From the NCBI RefSeq assembly GCF_009914755.1, contig NC_060937.1: 64,000 nt of DNA, one strand, 5' to 3'. A model generated the notes under the pieces. It did no database searches and was not told where the DNA came from. It worked only from the letters and a program-made list of their open reading frames with translations. Position 1 is the first letter of the stretch. Each line of letters starts with the position of its first letter. The stretch comes from the human T2T-CHM13v2.0 reference genome, Homo sapiens. The position numbers and the translations under genes are program-made. Below, one piece after another: positions 26,526 through 42,720 of the stretch.

Positions 26526-27855
26526 TCAGTATCCCATTTTATATATATATATGTATCACAATCCCCTACTGTTGAATATTTTGATCATTTATATTTTCTC
26601 TTTTAAATACTATCATGACAAATAAGCTTGTAGTTACACTTTTGTACATATCTGTAATATTTCCTTAGAACAAATTCCTAAGAACACAATTTCTGGGTTA
26701 GAGGCATAGATTGCATATGATCTATCCTTCAGCTTACCTCTTTACTCACTCTTGCCAAGCCCACTAAAGCATATCAACAAATAGCTCATTTACTCTTCTA
26801 ACTGTGTAAGCCTTATTTTATCTATTTTGCTTTTCTGAATCTGTTCCTGAGCCTTTATGTGCAGAAATGTGTCTAACCACACACTGACTGCTAGATTTTA
26901 AGTATTTTGGCCTAGATCATCTGATACTGGGAAACAATCAGTTGTTAGCCTTAACTAGCCACATTTACAGAGCAATCACACCACTAAAATAACTTGTCTC
27001 AGTTATCTTTTACTTGGTGGTCACTGACTGACCTATGCCTTTTCCACCATCATTAGGATCATCACTATATTTTTACACTTGCTAATAGTTGCAAGCATTT
27101 ATTAAATATGTACTATGTTCCAGGCACCTCAAGCATTTATTAAATATATACTATGTTCCAAGCACTATGCCTGACGCTCTCTCAGATTACCACATTTAAT
27201 CCTTGACATGTATGTACTAGCCCTCATTTTATAGGTGGGGAAAGGTTAGTGTGGCAGAATCTGAATTTGAATCCAGTTCTACACAACACCAACACTCTTT
27301 CTGTTAAGCTATATTACCTGTCGACTCTAGGATAACCAGTAGGGCCTATGACTGTATCCTCTGTAGCAGTGGTAAGAACTTAGTATGGAACAAGACGTGG
27401 GAATCATGGAACAGAATAACTCATTCAATCGGTCAATTAAAAAAAATTACTGAATGCCAACTACATTTCCAGCATTATTTGATGTGGTGGGAAAACAACA
27501 GTGAACAATTGCTAAATTTACTTTTCCACATTTTGCTATTCTTGTACTTAATTGGGAGCAAAAACCATTCTTTAGACTCATGCAAGTGTAGCATATTCAA
27601 ACAGTACCTTCATTAGAGTAAATTATTACATAAACTTGTGTGCTATTTTCCTCACTAGAGGAAATACTAGAGTATAATCATTTGATACTGTTTGATAGAA
27701 TACATAAAACTTCAATGCTTCCTTGCCAACTAACTTCAGTTTTAGAAATAAGATTTTTTTATTTTAAAAAGTAAGCTGCCTCCTTCAAGAATCTCAAGAA
27801 TCTTCAAGCATCTCTTTTGGCTGGACAACAGCAGCTGCCCTGACAACAACAAATT

Positions 27856-27886
<31 letters not shown>

Positions 27887-27888
27887 GA

Positions 27889-28191
<303 letters not shown>

Positions 28192-29358
28192 TAACCATTT
28201 GAGCTGGGGAGAGGCGATTCATTGTCCCTATGCATTTTGCACTTCCTTTTTATCATACACAAGAAAATGCAGTTTTTGCAATACAAGAAGGGGGTTGTTC
28301 TTTCAGCTTCACCTTCAGTTCAAATGAACAAACACTGAATTAACTTCTTTCCTCTATAGGTGTATATTTTATAGTACAATTTGTTCAAAAAAAGAATTTA
28401 AGATTTAAGATAACTAGTTGCTATGATCTGTAAGCCACATGAGTAGGTGCTACATGAATGAGATATAGCCCCTAATGGTATATTAAATAGGGGGAAAATC
28501 AAAAGTTTGTATAAGTAACTGGTAGAAAGATTAAATGAGCCCTTGGAGGCCAGCCTAGGAACTTATCTATTATGTACAACATTCTCCCCCCCACCTTTGA
28601 GTTGGAATCTCACTCTGTTGCTTAGGATGGAGTGTTATGGCATAATCGTGGCTCACTGCAGCCTCAAATTCTGGGCTCCAGTGATCCTGCCACCTCAACC
28701 TCCCAAGTTGCTAGGATTACAGGCATATACCACCATGCCTGGATAATTTTTTTCTATTTTTTAGAGAAAGGGGCTCACTATGTTGCCCAGGCTGGTCTTG
28801 AACTCCTAGTCACAAGCCATCCTGTTGTCTCAGCCTCCCAAGTCCATATACAACATTATTTCTACAAGATCCAAAAAACTAACTTCTATTCTTTAGAAAT
28901 GCTCATCACTTATACGCTGGAGACCATTTGTATTGAGTTTCTTCATTGATTTTACTAGTAAACCAAATTTAATGTCAAGCAAGAGGACACTCTTATTTCT
29001 GTTTTAGACTTAAAATGGCAAATTTCTTACCCAGAGAAAACACTACAAGTCCGTTAAATATATTCCTTGAATATTCTTCCCATCTCCTGAACAATCACTA
29101 AGTCACTTCAGTAAGTTTTTTTATAAATGCTATCTCCTCTTCTAGACAGTAAGCTGCCTAAGGGCAGGAACCAGTATATCTTTATGTAATAGCATAGAGG
29201 TACACTGTAAATGGTAGTTATTAATGTTCTAACCCAAATTAGTAGCTAATCTGAACCTCTGGATTCGGTAATTGGTAGTACTTACCTCCCACTGTCTCAC
29301 AGAATGCAACATTTCATGGGGGAAACCTGACCAAAACTAGCAATATTGACAACTGTAG

Positions 29359-29740
29359 TGTGATGTGTCCCCTACCAGGTTACTTAAGAGTGTATGTGTG
29401 TTGCTTGGATCCTGAATGCTGGGCAGGGAGTCAAGGCCCTGGTGCCCAGCTGAGGAGCAGGGATCCCTGAGAACCCAAACATCCCAGGGCATACCTGAGA
29501 ACATGTCAAAGAAAACACTGTCATCGTGCACACAGAGTAGGCAAACAGTCAGAACATTAGCTGAAAGGCAGCTTAGAGACGGGAGGCAGGGTGACTCTAG
29601 AGCTGCTTAGGAATGTCCAGTATGTAAGTCCTAGTAAACTCATCTATTCATCAAGCTGGACTTGCCCAAATTATTCTTTAGTCTCTCGACGCCTTCCCAG
29701 TTTGGGGGGATGTTACAGTCCCAAGTTTTCCTTATAATGA
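29359..29740. mobile_element. Probable ERV solo-LTR fragment
   Basis: LTR-like composition with agtaaac signal and gacgccttcccagtttgggg; family not assigned. Confidence 0.45.
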
Positions 29741-32066
29741 CTACCACATTCCTAAGCAGGATCCAGGCCAATGACAGGATGGAATATTAAAATATTCAAC
29801 TATTATACCATCAGAACACTAAGGAAGGACATCTTGGAAAGATGGAATGTTTCTCTACCTGAGAAATAGTTATTCTCTTTTTTTTCAAGTTTAATTTTTA
29901 ATTTATTAGAACCCAGCAAATAATGATTTTAAAAGCAGAGTTTCCATCAAATTAATACTTAATTCAGGGCAAAAATACACTTAAAAAACCTAAATCTTAA
30001 GGCAGAAGTAAAACATTATAAAAACAGTATGTCTAATACAGACTGTAAAATGTCAGATTTTTAAGAGATTCACATAGTATTTTATAGCACTAAAATATTG
30101 ATACAGTCAGAAATATTATCAATTGGTCCAAGATTTCTGTTTATAAAATGTCTAGACTGCTAATTGAAGAAGTGTTGCTATATAAGTAATAGCTACAATA
30201 TAACCAACCAAGTGATTGTTTTTATGACAAAAGAACTAAGGCAAGTAATTGCATGGTTTCCATTTGCAAAGCTTTTGTAGTATTAAATAAAAAGTATTAC
30301 TAGGGGTATTTTTTGATTCATCTCCCTACCCTAATGCCCCCAGAATGTACATCACTTCCCTTTAACTCTGTTTTTAAAATTCTGTGAACCACCATACCTA
30401 TTCATTGTAGGCCTGACCCTATAAAGGCATGAATTGTTTACTTTGATATGGTGGAAACATAATTTTGGTAAACTACTACATCTTTTCCTAGTCATTGAGC
30501 AATTTCAAACAGAAGTCTTAAGAATTGTTGCACCTCGACAAGTGAACAACCTGTTTCTTTACCACTATTAAGTTTGAATTTTGACTAGAATCTGTTAGAG
30601 TTGTCGATATTGCTAGTTTTGGTCAGGTTTCTCCTGTGGAATGTTGCATTCTGTGAGACAGTGGGAAAACACATTTCATGTTTAGGTGCAATTAACAGTA
30701 GCCCTTCTGAAAAACAGGGTTAACAATCTTACATTTCCCCTTGTGATCAAAACCTTTTGTTTTTAGGGAGCAGGATAAGATTTAAAAGTGCTTTAAATCA
30801 GAAAACAAGAATTAGCTAGCTTACACATTCCACTGAATAGTGTCAAAAAAGATAAACGTATTTAAAATAAGTTGTAAGTCCAGCAAATATAAGCTTGATG
30901 GGTTAACTAACATATTAAGTAATTACAAAGATTCATTTTTTTACAAACTTTTAAACTATTTTAATAAAATGGCTATAGACCTCACTGTACTTCTATTTAT
31001 CTGTGCATTAATAAAAACCTGTTAAAATTCCTTATTTAGTACTTCTGAAAAAGTCTAGTCAAATAAGATCACTAAAATTACCAGAAAAGCTTTGAAATAC
31101 TGATTGCAGATTCATTTCAAAGTAGATTTAACACATTTCAGGATCTGGTGTTTAAATCATGAATGTCTTCACCAGCGTCAACTCTGAAAATATAAAAATT
31201 TTAGTCAGTGCTGGCTGTAACAGTACTGGCATTACTTGAAAAAATAGAAATAAAAAATACATTGTCAATCATGCATTCCACAATTTTCTTTTTGAGCTCG
31301 ATAGTATATATATTTTTTCTCATTAAAGATTCAAAACCAAAAGTGGTTTCTCTTTGCAGCAAATATACATTAAAATAGAGTCTCTGTACAGCCAAGGGCT
31401 CTGGGCCCTGGCTTGCCCCATGTCTCTGCGCCTCCCTGGCCAAACCCAAAAATAAATATAGTGTTATTGTTCTGCAGGGCATAGAGGCAGTGCTCTCCTA
31501 CCCCCGAGGAGGCTGGGTGGGAGCTGATGGGGAAGCCCTGGCCACCCCAGGGGTCCAGGGGCTGGAGCCTGCTTGGAGTTATTGCTTCAAGGCCGGGCAC
31601 TAATGCCCAATGCAAATGATGAGAGGAGGAGCAAAGGGAGCACGGGCCTTTGCTCTCCAAGTCCCACTCTGCTCTGAAGAGGGGGTAGGATTAAGCAGCA
31701 GCAAAAGCATCACCCACTGGGAGACTGTGGCCTGCACCCCCTTCCCTCCCTGAGATAGGCTTCTGCCTCCCACACATCCCCTGCAGCCCCCTGTGGCTTC
31801 GGCAAGGCCCCCTACACTCTTGGGGCACGCTATGGCTTGCAAGGGGCAGCACTGTGCCCAGAGCCCGGACACACGTTTCCAGCTTCTGACATCCCCTAGG
31901 AGGGGGGAGGGGAGGGAGTGGGGCCTGCTCCCAGGGGCTGATGGCATTGCCCTGGCCCTGCCAGCAGGCTGTGGCACTGCCCAGACCCCAGCTCCGCCCC
32001 AGCCCTTGGGGCTGACCCCATGCTAGGCAGGTCCTGCCAGAACCCCCACCAGTCCCACCCCTCGCC

Positions 32067-33311
32067 TCAGTCCATCATGGCCTCGAGCATCTCCAAGAAC
32101 AGCTTGTGCATGGGCACCTTGCCCTCCAGCTTCACCCCATAGAAATGGGCCAGCACTTTGCCCGCTGTCTGGTGGAGGAGCGGTAGCGTGAACAGCAGCC
32201 TGCCTGGCCGCCGCCGCTCAGCACCCCCTCCGGTGCCAGCTCGGCCGGCTTCATACTCCAGCAGGGCCTCGTGCGGAGCTTCTGGCAGCTGCTCCACAGC
32301 CTCGGCATCTTCGATGGGCACAGAGTCTGAATTGGCAAGGGCCAGGGCCTTCAGTAGAACGTACTCCCCTCGCTCCAGCCGCAGGGACTGCAGCCGCCGC
32401 ACCAGTTGCAGCAGGGCAGCCCCCAGTTCCCCCAGGCCAGCTGCCCGTGCCCCCTCTTCATCCAGGACTAAGTCCTCAGCGAAGGCCAACTCATCCTGCA
32501 GTGGCAGTGAGCGCTGGGCCACACCCGGCACCAGCACCTCCATTCATACTCTCTGCAGTACTGACATCTGGTCAGACAGCGACAGCGATGAGAAGCCTGG
32601 GATGCTCTTGGCCCAGCTGATGGTGACCACGATCTCTCGGTCAAAGAGGTCACAGAGGGTAGCCACGGCTGGAAGGTGCCCATCAGGGCCAGCAGGGTCG
32701 GGCAAGGCATAGAGCTTCTCAGGCTCAACCACCATTAGATGAGACACCAGTGCATTCACTGGGCCTGTCGTCTGGGGGCCTCCAGCGACTGCCAGGGGCC
32801 CAGCAGGGAAGGCGCCCGGGAAGGGCAGCGGGTCCACCTCTGGCACCGCTTGTACTCCCGCCCACCCCGGACGCGGTCCAGGCGCGCTCCCGCAGGCTCT
32901 TGGTGAAGCGGCAGGCCTGACAGGCCTTGCGTCTCCGCTTGGTGATCTCACACTCGTTGGAGGCCAGACAGCTGTACTCCATACTCCCCTGGATGGTCCT
33001 CTTGAAGAAGGCTTTGCAGTCCTCACAGGATGACACACCGCAGTGGTAGCCGGAGGCCACGTCCCCACAGACCAGGCAGAGGCGCTTGGACAGGGAGCTG
33101 AGCACCAGCTTCCCACCGCCCTGCTCGCCAGGCCCAGCCCCCTCCCCATCCTCCTCTTCCTTGTGGCCTGGGAGGCAGTGGGTGGGAGCTGGACCAGGGG
33201 CCAGGGCCACAGGAGGCTCGGGTCTCTGTCTCCGAGGAGCCCTTTGGACTGTCAGGCCTGGCCGGCTCTGCCATGATGTAGTGGCTCACTGCCCACCACC
33301 TGGCTGGACAT
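32067..33311 (-). pseudogene. ESRRAP1: Disabled ESRRA coding region (C4 zinc-finger DBD + LBD)
   Basis: ATG at 33311 (MSSQVVG). Fragments in different frames: [17 protein letters not shown]; [34 protein letters not shown]; LCDLFDREIVVTISWAKSIPGFSSLSLSDQMSVLQ; [15 protein letters not shown]. Several frameshifts, premature TGA at 32544, last zinc-finger Cys changed to Ser. Confidence 0.96.
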
Positions 33312-33319
33312 GGCGCTGG

Positions 33320-33980
33320 TCACCTGACACGCGGCTGCCCTCCTGCCCCAGCATGCCGATCCCAGGCACACGGCGGGGGCCGCTCCACCTCCTCGCGACC
33401 GGCCTGCAGGTCCACTCTAATATTCCCGCTGTCGCAGACGCCGCCACCTCCCGGGGCGCCGCGCCCCGCCCCCCAACCTAAGCACACCTTTGGGAAGTTG
33501 CCTAAAGTTGCTACGCCTCCCCGCAAGCCCCGACGCCCGCGGGAGACCGCTACCAGGTTATCAGGAAGTAAGTGGGGAGAGCCAAGGAAGAGGAAGTTCT
33601 TCCCGGCCGTTGCGATGACCTTTGACCCAGAGAGGAGGGTGGCCCCAGGCCCCTTCGAGCGCCCCCACGTGGTCTTCAGAGCCCCTTTCCCGACATAGAG
33701 ACTTCCCCGTCTTCCACCCCGGCCAGCCCCAGGGACTTCGGCAAGCGAGGGATTGAACCCTGCCCCGGGGCGGGCTGGATCGGAGGCCCAACCCTGACCC
33801 GGGCCAGGACCCGCAGCCAGAGCCAGATCTTGCCCCAGGCCGGCCCACCAGAACTCGGACGCCAGATCTCGCCTGAACCCTGACCAGTCCGGACCTCGAC
33901 TGGGCCCCGACCGTGGCCCAGACTGGCCCCAGAGCCGGCCCCCGCCTGGAGCCCGCCCTGCCCTCCTCCCTGCTGCCTCA
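33320..33980. promoter_or_regulatory. CpG-island-like ESRRA-derived leader with DR1 and ETS motifs
   Basis: Very GC-rich with many retained CpGs. TGACCTTTGACCC (GGGTCA-A-AGGTCA DR1 on minus) at 33616-33628. AGGAAGT at ~33563 and ~33591. Activity is not demonstrable from sequence. Confidence 0.55.
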
Positions 33981-34003
33981 TCACACAATTTCAAGAACTA
34001 AGT

Positions 34004-34281
34004 GGCCGGAAGCGGTGGCTCACGCCGGTAATCCCAGCAGGCCAAGGTGGGCGGATCACGAGGTCATGAGATCGAGACCATCCTGGCTAACACGGTGAAA
34101 CCCCGTCTCTACTAAAAATACAAAAAAACAAAAATTAGCTGGGCGTGGTGGCGGGCGCCTGTAGTCCCAGCTACTCGGATGCTGAGGCAGGAGAATGGCA
34201 TGAACCCGGAAGGCAGAGCTTGCAGTGAGCCAAGATCCCGCCACTGCACTCCAGCCTGGGCAACAGAGCAAGACTCCGTCT

Positions 34282-34314
<33 letters not shown>

Positions 34315-34338
34315 AAGAAAACAAAACAAAACAAAAAA
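34004..34338 (+). mobile_element. AluY with small internal deletion
   Basis: gagatcgagaccatcctggctaacacgg diagnostic; TSD aagaactaag / aaaaactaag. Confidence 0.9.
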
Positions 34339-34602
34339 CTAAGATATGTAACTATAAATATTGTTATGTCTTTGCAGGTTATCTCAACTTCCATCAGGCC
34401 TCAGCTGAAAGCTCATCTGCCAAAACGCATCAGCACTCATGTAAAATAAAAGGAGTAGGGAGGTGACTTTGTACACATACTGTCCAGTGTTTGGCTGCCA
34501 GTTTCCCTCTTGTGTGTAACTATTCTAGGTATGACTCCTTGAGCATGAAATGAGGGGTAGATAGAACAGCACAGCTGTTGGGCTAACAAGAATTGGTGTG
34601 TA

Positions 34603-35236
<634 letters not shown>

Positions 35237-35642
35237 GAATCAGTGTATAAAAAGTTTTCTGCTGAATATCTGTTCTGTTCTTACTATGGTTATGCTGTGC
35301 AACATATAACCTGTACAACCATTTTTTCTTGTTTATCTATTTGTGGAAATAAGTCAGTTCAATAAAATGTGAAATACACATTAGTTTGCTTTACATGCAA
35401 AGATTACCTGTTTTTGGCTTAACTGTATCATAACCAAAAAAGTCTATGCCTTGATAATACAATATGAAAAAGTTCACATATGTACATGGGTACATTCCTT
35501 CATTAAAGTTTTTCCTTAATTCTATCTCAATGTATTTTTACAACTGATACAACTCATCTTTACAACAAAAGTCAGAAAGGACAAAATAGAAAATGATTTC
35601 ATTTTACAGCACTTTAGGTTTTCTGAAGTGTTCCTTTAGGAC

Positions 35643-37586
<1,944 letters not shown>

Positions 37587-37608
37587 AATAGTGTTATTCT
37601 TAACAAAC

Positions 37609-37682
37609 CTGTTTCAGGTGTGTCTTTAGTAACTGACGTCAGGTCAAAAATATTAAGTCTTTTCCCCGTGAATATATTTTTC
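37609..37682 (-). pseudogene. MRPS31P2: MRPS31 pseudogene, exon-5 equivalent (74 nt)
   Basis: Manual translation [24 protein letters not shown]. Acceptor ttttagacttag, donor gtttgt. Confidence 0.9.
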
Positions 37683-38524
37683 CTAAGTCTAAAAAAAAGA
37701 AAATAACATTTTAATGAATATATTTTAAACTGTCAACAAAAATTATGAGAAAGTATCTTAAGTGAAATATTCTATGTAGAAATTAAAAATAATTCCACTG
37801 ACCCACATCAAAAATCTTAGCTAAATTGACACATTTTTAGGACCAATAAACTAAAAACAGAAATGTGCACTTGAAGTTTTGCTTCATATACAACAAATTA
37901 GTTAAAGCAATTTAATTTCCAAAATACCTAATTGAAAAGATTAGCTTAATTTGCCATAATTTTTATTTTTTCCCATTTATATTAAGGTTTTAAAAACTCC
38001 ATGTTGTGAAAAACTATAAAACTATGCTAAAATAGAAGCTGTTAAAGTCAACATTTGTCTTTAAGGGCAGAAAACACTGCAATGTTTAATTATAAATCAT
38101 AATTATAAAAAATTGCATAGGCAAATCACAACATTCCCTTTCATAAAGCAATCATTCTGTAATTTTAAAATAATTATTAACCTTCTTTACATGACTATTT
38201 TAAATTAGCTATTGAAATTAATATCAGAGAGTTAATAGGTGACATTTTCTTGCACATTTGATAATCAACTGCTTTATGCATCAATTCATATATTTACTTG
38301 AATAAATCTAGTGGCAGGTTAAAATCCAGTTTATATACTGGAGGGTTGGCCAGGCAAGGTGGCTCATGCCTGTAATCCCAGCATTTGGGAGGCCGAGGTG
38401 GGTGGATCACCTGAAGTCAGGAGTTCGAGACCAGCCTGGCCAACATGGTAAAACCCCATCTCTACCAAAAATACAAAAAAATTAGCCGGATGTGATGGCA
38501 GGTGCCTGTAATTCCAGCTGCTCA

Positions 38525-38629
<105 letters not shown>

Positions 38630-38763
38630 TCAAAAAATAAAAATAAAAAATAAAGTGGGGGGTTAGTTTTAAAAATAATTTTGAGGCTGGGCGTGGTGGC
38701 TCATGCCTGTAATCCCAGCACTTTGGGAGGCCAAGGAGGGCAGATCACAAGGTCAGGAGTTCA

Positions 38764-39030
<267 letters not shown>

Positions 39031-40763
39031 CTAAATTACTTCTCTCTACTGAACAGAAATAACTGGAAAAAATGCAAATACCATATGAACGTTAAATAAC
39101 GTGATCTCAAACATATAATCTTTCCTCTAGCAGGTTCTCAAGTTATTTATAAACAAAGGCTTTTATGCTCCAGAACTCTCTTCACTGCCTTGCCTTCTTC
39201 TCCCTCAACTGCACGTCTGGCAAATAGGATGGTGGATTAAAGCAAGTCACAGCAGAGGGCAAATGTCTTGGTAAAGTATTGAATTTCAAAAGAGTAATGT
39301 ACTATAAAGAAAGGGAATGGACATTGGCTGAGCACCTACTGTGTACCAGATCTATTCCTCAAGAAAGCCATTTAAGCTAGGTTTCACTTTCAGCATTTTA
39401 TAGCTGGGGAAACAGGTTGATGGAGGCTACAAAAGGTGCCCAGTCACAGAACAGTCAGTGGCAATGCCAACATTCTGAGGCAGGCCAGTGTGAACTGTCA
39501 ATCTCCAACAGAAGGAATCAGTCCAGGCCTGGGTTGTCTGGGGTTAACACCCCAGATCCTACCCCAGTCACAGCAGGGTGAACAACTTGGTGTCTCATCA
39601 TTGCTTCCCCTTACTCCCTGGCTTTTTAACACATTGGAGGCAAAGAAACCCCTTTCCTATTTTAGCTTCTAATTTTAAAAATATTAAATATCAAATATAA
39701 TATTAAAAATCAAATTATAATATACCATCCTAATGTAGTTGCACAGAATCATGTCCAAGATGAATGATTCAGTTAAATATTCTCGAGAATTAACCGACTC
39801 AGTTAAATATTATTAAGTAAAACTCCAAGTAGACCTCTCCTGTATTCAATAGTATGTAACAGACACTAAATCACTTTAAATTAGTAATTCAAATAATCTT
39901 CCAAAGTCACCATAACCTCTTGAACTTCCTGTGTTAACTGCTGACCACCTTTTCCAACTTTCCTGTATAAATCAGTAATTTAACACCTGGAAGGAGTTAA
40001 CTCAAGTTTCTGATTTCACTTAAATCCACAGAATACATAATGCATTGAAAACACTCCAATTGTGAGCATATCCTGCTGTAAAGACAAGTTAATGTTTGCA
40101 GACCATGCCAAATATCTGGTTCCTCCTTCCCAGCTATCACTTTCAGGGTTTAAAGGTGAGAAAGAACAGAAACTTTATGCAAATACAGAACAACTTTAGA
40201 TTCTAAAATAACTATGTAAGGCATGGCTCAGCATCTTTAAGAACTTCAAATCAGTAAATTCAAATGGCCACAAATAATCTACCACTTTAAGGTACTATAT
40301 AAACTTTTTTCCTCTTGCCTTTCCTTCTTTTCATTGATGGTGGGTTATTTCTCTAAGGTACACCAAAAGATAAGCACGTATTGAGATATAAAGGGGATAT
40401 GAATACACAGTATTAGTCACTTATATTCAAAATGAAAAATAATGTTTCTCACAAAATACTTATTTGTTCAGAATTCAGTCAGCTCTTCTTATTCTAAATC
40501 AAAAGACCACTATTCATCATGGGTAGATGTGAAGCACGGCCCACTTTGATTTCAGGTATGGAAAACTGCAGGACTGGCTAAATCCAGCACATGGTTCCCT
40601 CTCTAGGAAGTGGTATACAGAGAGTAAGAACACAGATGTAAATGCATTCATAATGCTCAGATATCCAACAGCAATAATACACACACGCAATAAGGTAAAA
40701 GTCTACAGTTAAGGTTAAAACAAACTACACAAACAAAACCCAGAAGATTACAAAGCCTGATAC

Positions 40764-40904
40764 CTTTTTGTAAGATCAGCAGTCTTCTCCTGGCCAGGAT
40801 AATTGTCATAGCCCTTGTCAAACTGAATCTGATGCTCTGGTCTTGAACAAACTCTAGCTGTAGCAGATCTGGCAACATTCATATCTGATATTACGTTACT
40901 GAAA
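40764..40904 (-). pseudogene. MRPS31P2: MRPS31 pseudogene, exon-4 equivalent (141 nt)
   Basis: Manual translation [46 protein letters not shown]. Acceptor ttatttcag, donor gtatca, in phase with neighbouring exons. Not in the ORF track in this frame. Confidence 0.9.
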
Positions 40905-42212
40905 CTGAAATAATAAAAAGGTCAAGTGTATTAGAAATCTTAGCTACAGAACAGTAAAAACTTTCTTCAACAGGAGACTGATATCATTTAATTCTTATTT
41001 CATTTTTGTGTACTAATTATACAGCATAAAAATGTTTAAATAAAAAGTCACCTATTAACACTCACATAACACAGAACATTACAATTAATGTTTACTTTAT
41101 CTTTTAAAGATGTTCTTCAGAAATCTTCATTTAAATCATTAAGTGTCTCATGAAAAATTATTCAGAGAAAATGATAGGAAAGTAAAATCAGTATCTGTAT
41201 ACCTATCACCTACATTTGATAACTAAATTAAAACCAAGAGTTAGCCATATTTATTTGCTGCTTTGTATTTGTTCAAACACAAATAAAATGAGTCACTGAA
41301 CTGACAGTCCAGATATCTATGTCTTCCTTTTTTAAAAAACTACTATTTCTTTTAGAGATAGGGTCTCACTCTATTGCCCAGGCTGGAGTGCAGTGGTGAG
41401 ATCACAGCTCAATGCAGCTTCAAACCCTGGACTTAAGTGATCCTCCTGCCTCAGCCTCCAAAGTAGCTAGAACTACAGGCACAAGCCACTGTGCCCAGCT
41501 AATTTTTTTATGTTTTGTAGAGATGGGGTCTTGCTTTGTTGCTCAGGCTGGTCTCAAATTCGTGGCCTCAAGTGATCCTCTTGCCTCAGCCTCCCAAAGT
41601 GCTGGGATCATGGGCATGAGCCAGCGCATATGGCCATTTCTTTTCACTTCTTGAAATAAATCTGGTACACATGCTCATTGAGAACAACTGATTTAGATCA
41701 CTCTACAAAATAAAGCAGTGTTACCACTTACTATAAAGTAGGCAGCAAGTAGTATAACATGGCATAAAATAATGAGAGACGAAGAGAATAAGTGGAAAGA
41801 TGTCAGCTGATACATAACAATAGGAGGAAAAAGAGAAGGAAACAGACCTGAAGATTATCATACTGTGCATAAAACCAACAAGCTACTTAACTGAAAAAAA
41901 TTACTTTTCTCAGAGAAGCTACCTTATTCTGTTATTTATTTTTAATAACATTACTGAATTTACCATTTCTATTTTCATGGACAAGAAACTGTAACTTCCT
42001 AAAAGGAAACTTTATTCAATTGGTTTCTTAATAACTATAGTCATACTTATGTCTTAAGTTTTAAAAAAAAATTGAATTGCTAAAATTATGCCATACATGC
42101 TATATACAAATTCCACTTATGTGGTATATACTATGTGTATTACCCACTAGCCACATGAAAATGGCCCATTTTGAGATATAAACATTACTGACTTAAAGGT
42201 TTGATTCACTCA

Positions 42213-42720
<508 letters not shown>

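Larger units (their letters stand above)
31289..33980 (-). pseudogene. ESRRAP1: Processed ESRRA (ERR-alpha) retrocopy with 3' UTR and long GC-rich 5' leader
   Basis: Intronless. 3' end GAGCTC plus short A tail at 31289-31293. TSD core cacaattt at 31279-31286 and 33984-33991. P1 versus P2 naming is from memory. Confidence 0.9.

Noticed and set aside
31600-32026. ORFs on both strands in GC-rich sequence
   Set aside because: They lie in the ESRRA 3' UTR remnant and are chance frames.
32067-32543. 158-aa ERR-alpha LBD ORF as a functional truncated receptor
   Set aside because: Lacks the N-terminal LBD helices, carries helix-breaking substitutions (L-to-P type), and lies downstream of several frameshifts. 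No evidence of translation.
33320-33994. 224-aa minus-strand ORF over the ESRRA leader, plus overlapping ORFs at 33086-34098
   Set aside because: Starts at TTG across the insertion junction, is Gly/Arg/Pro-rich, and long ORFs are expected in stop-poor GC-rich DNA. No recognisable domain.
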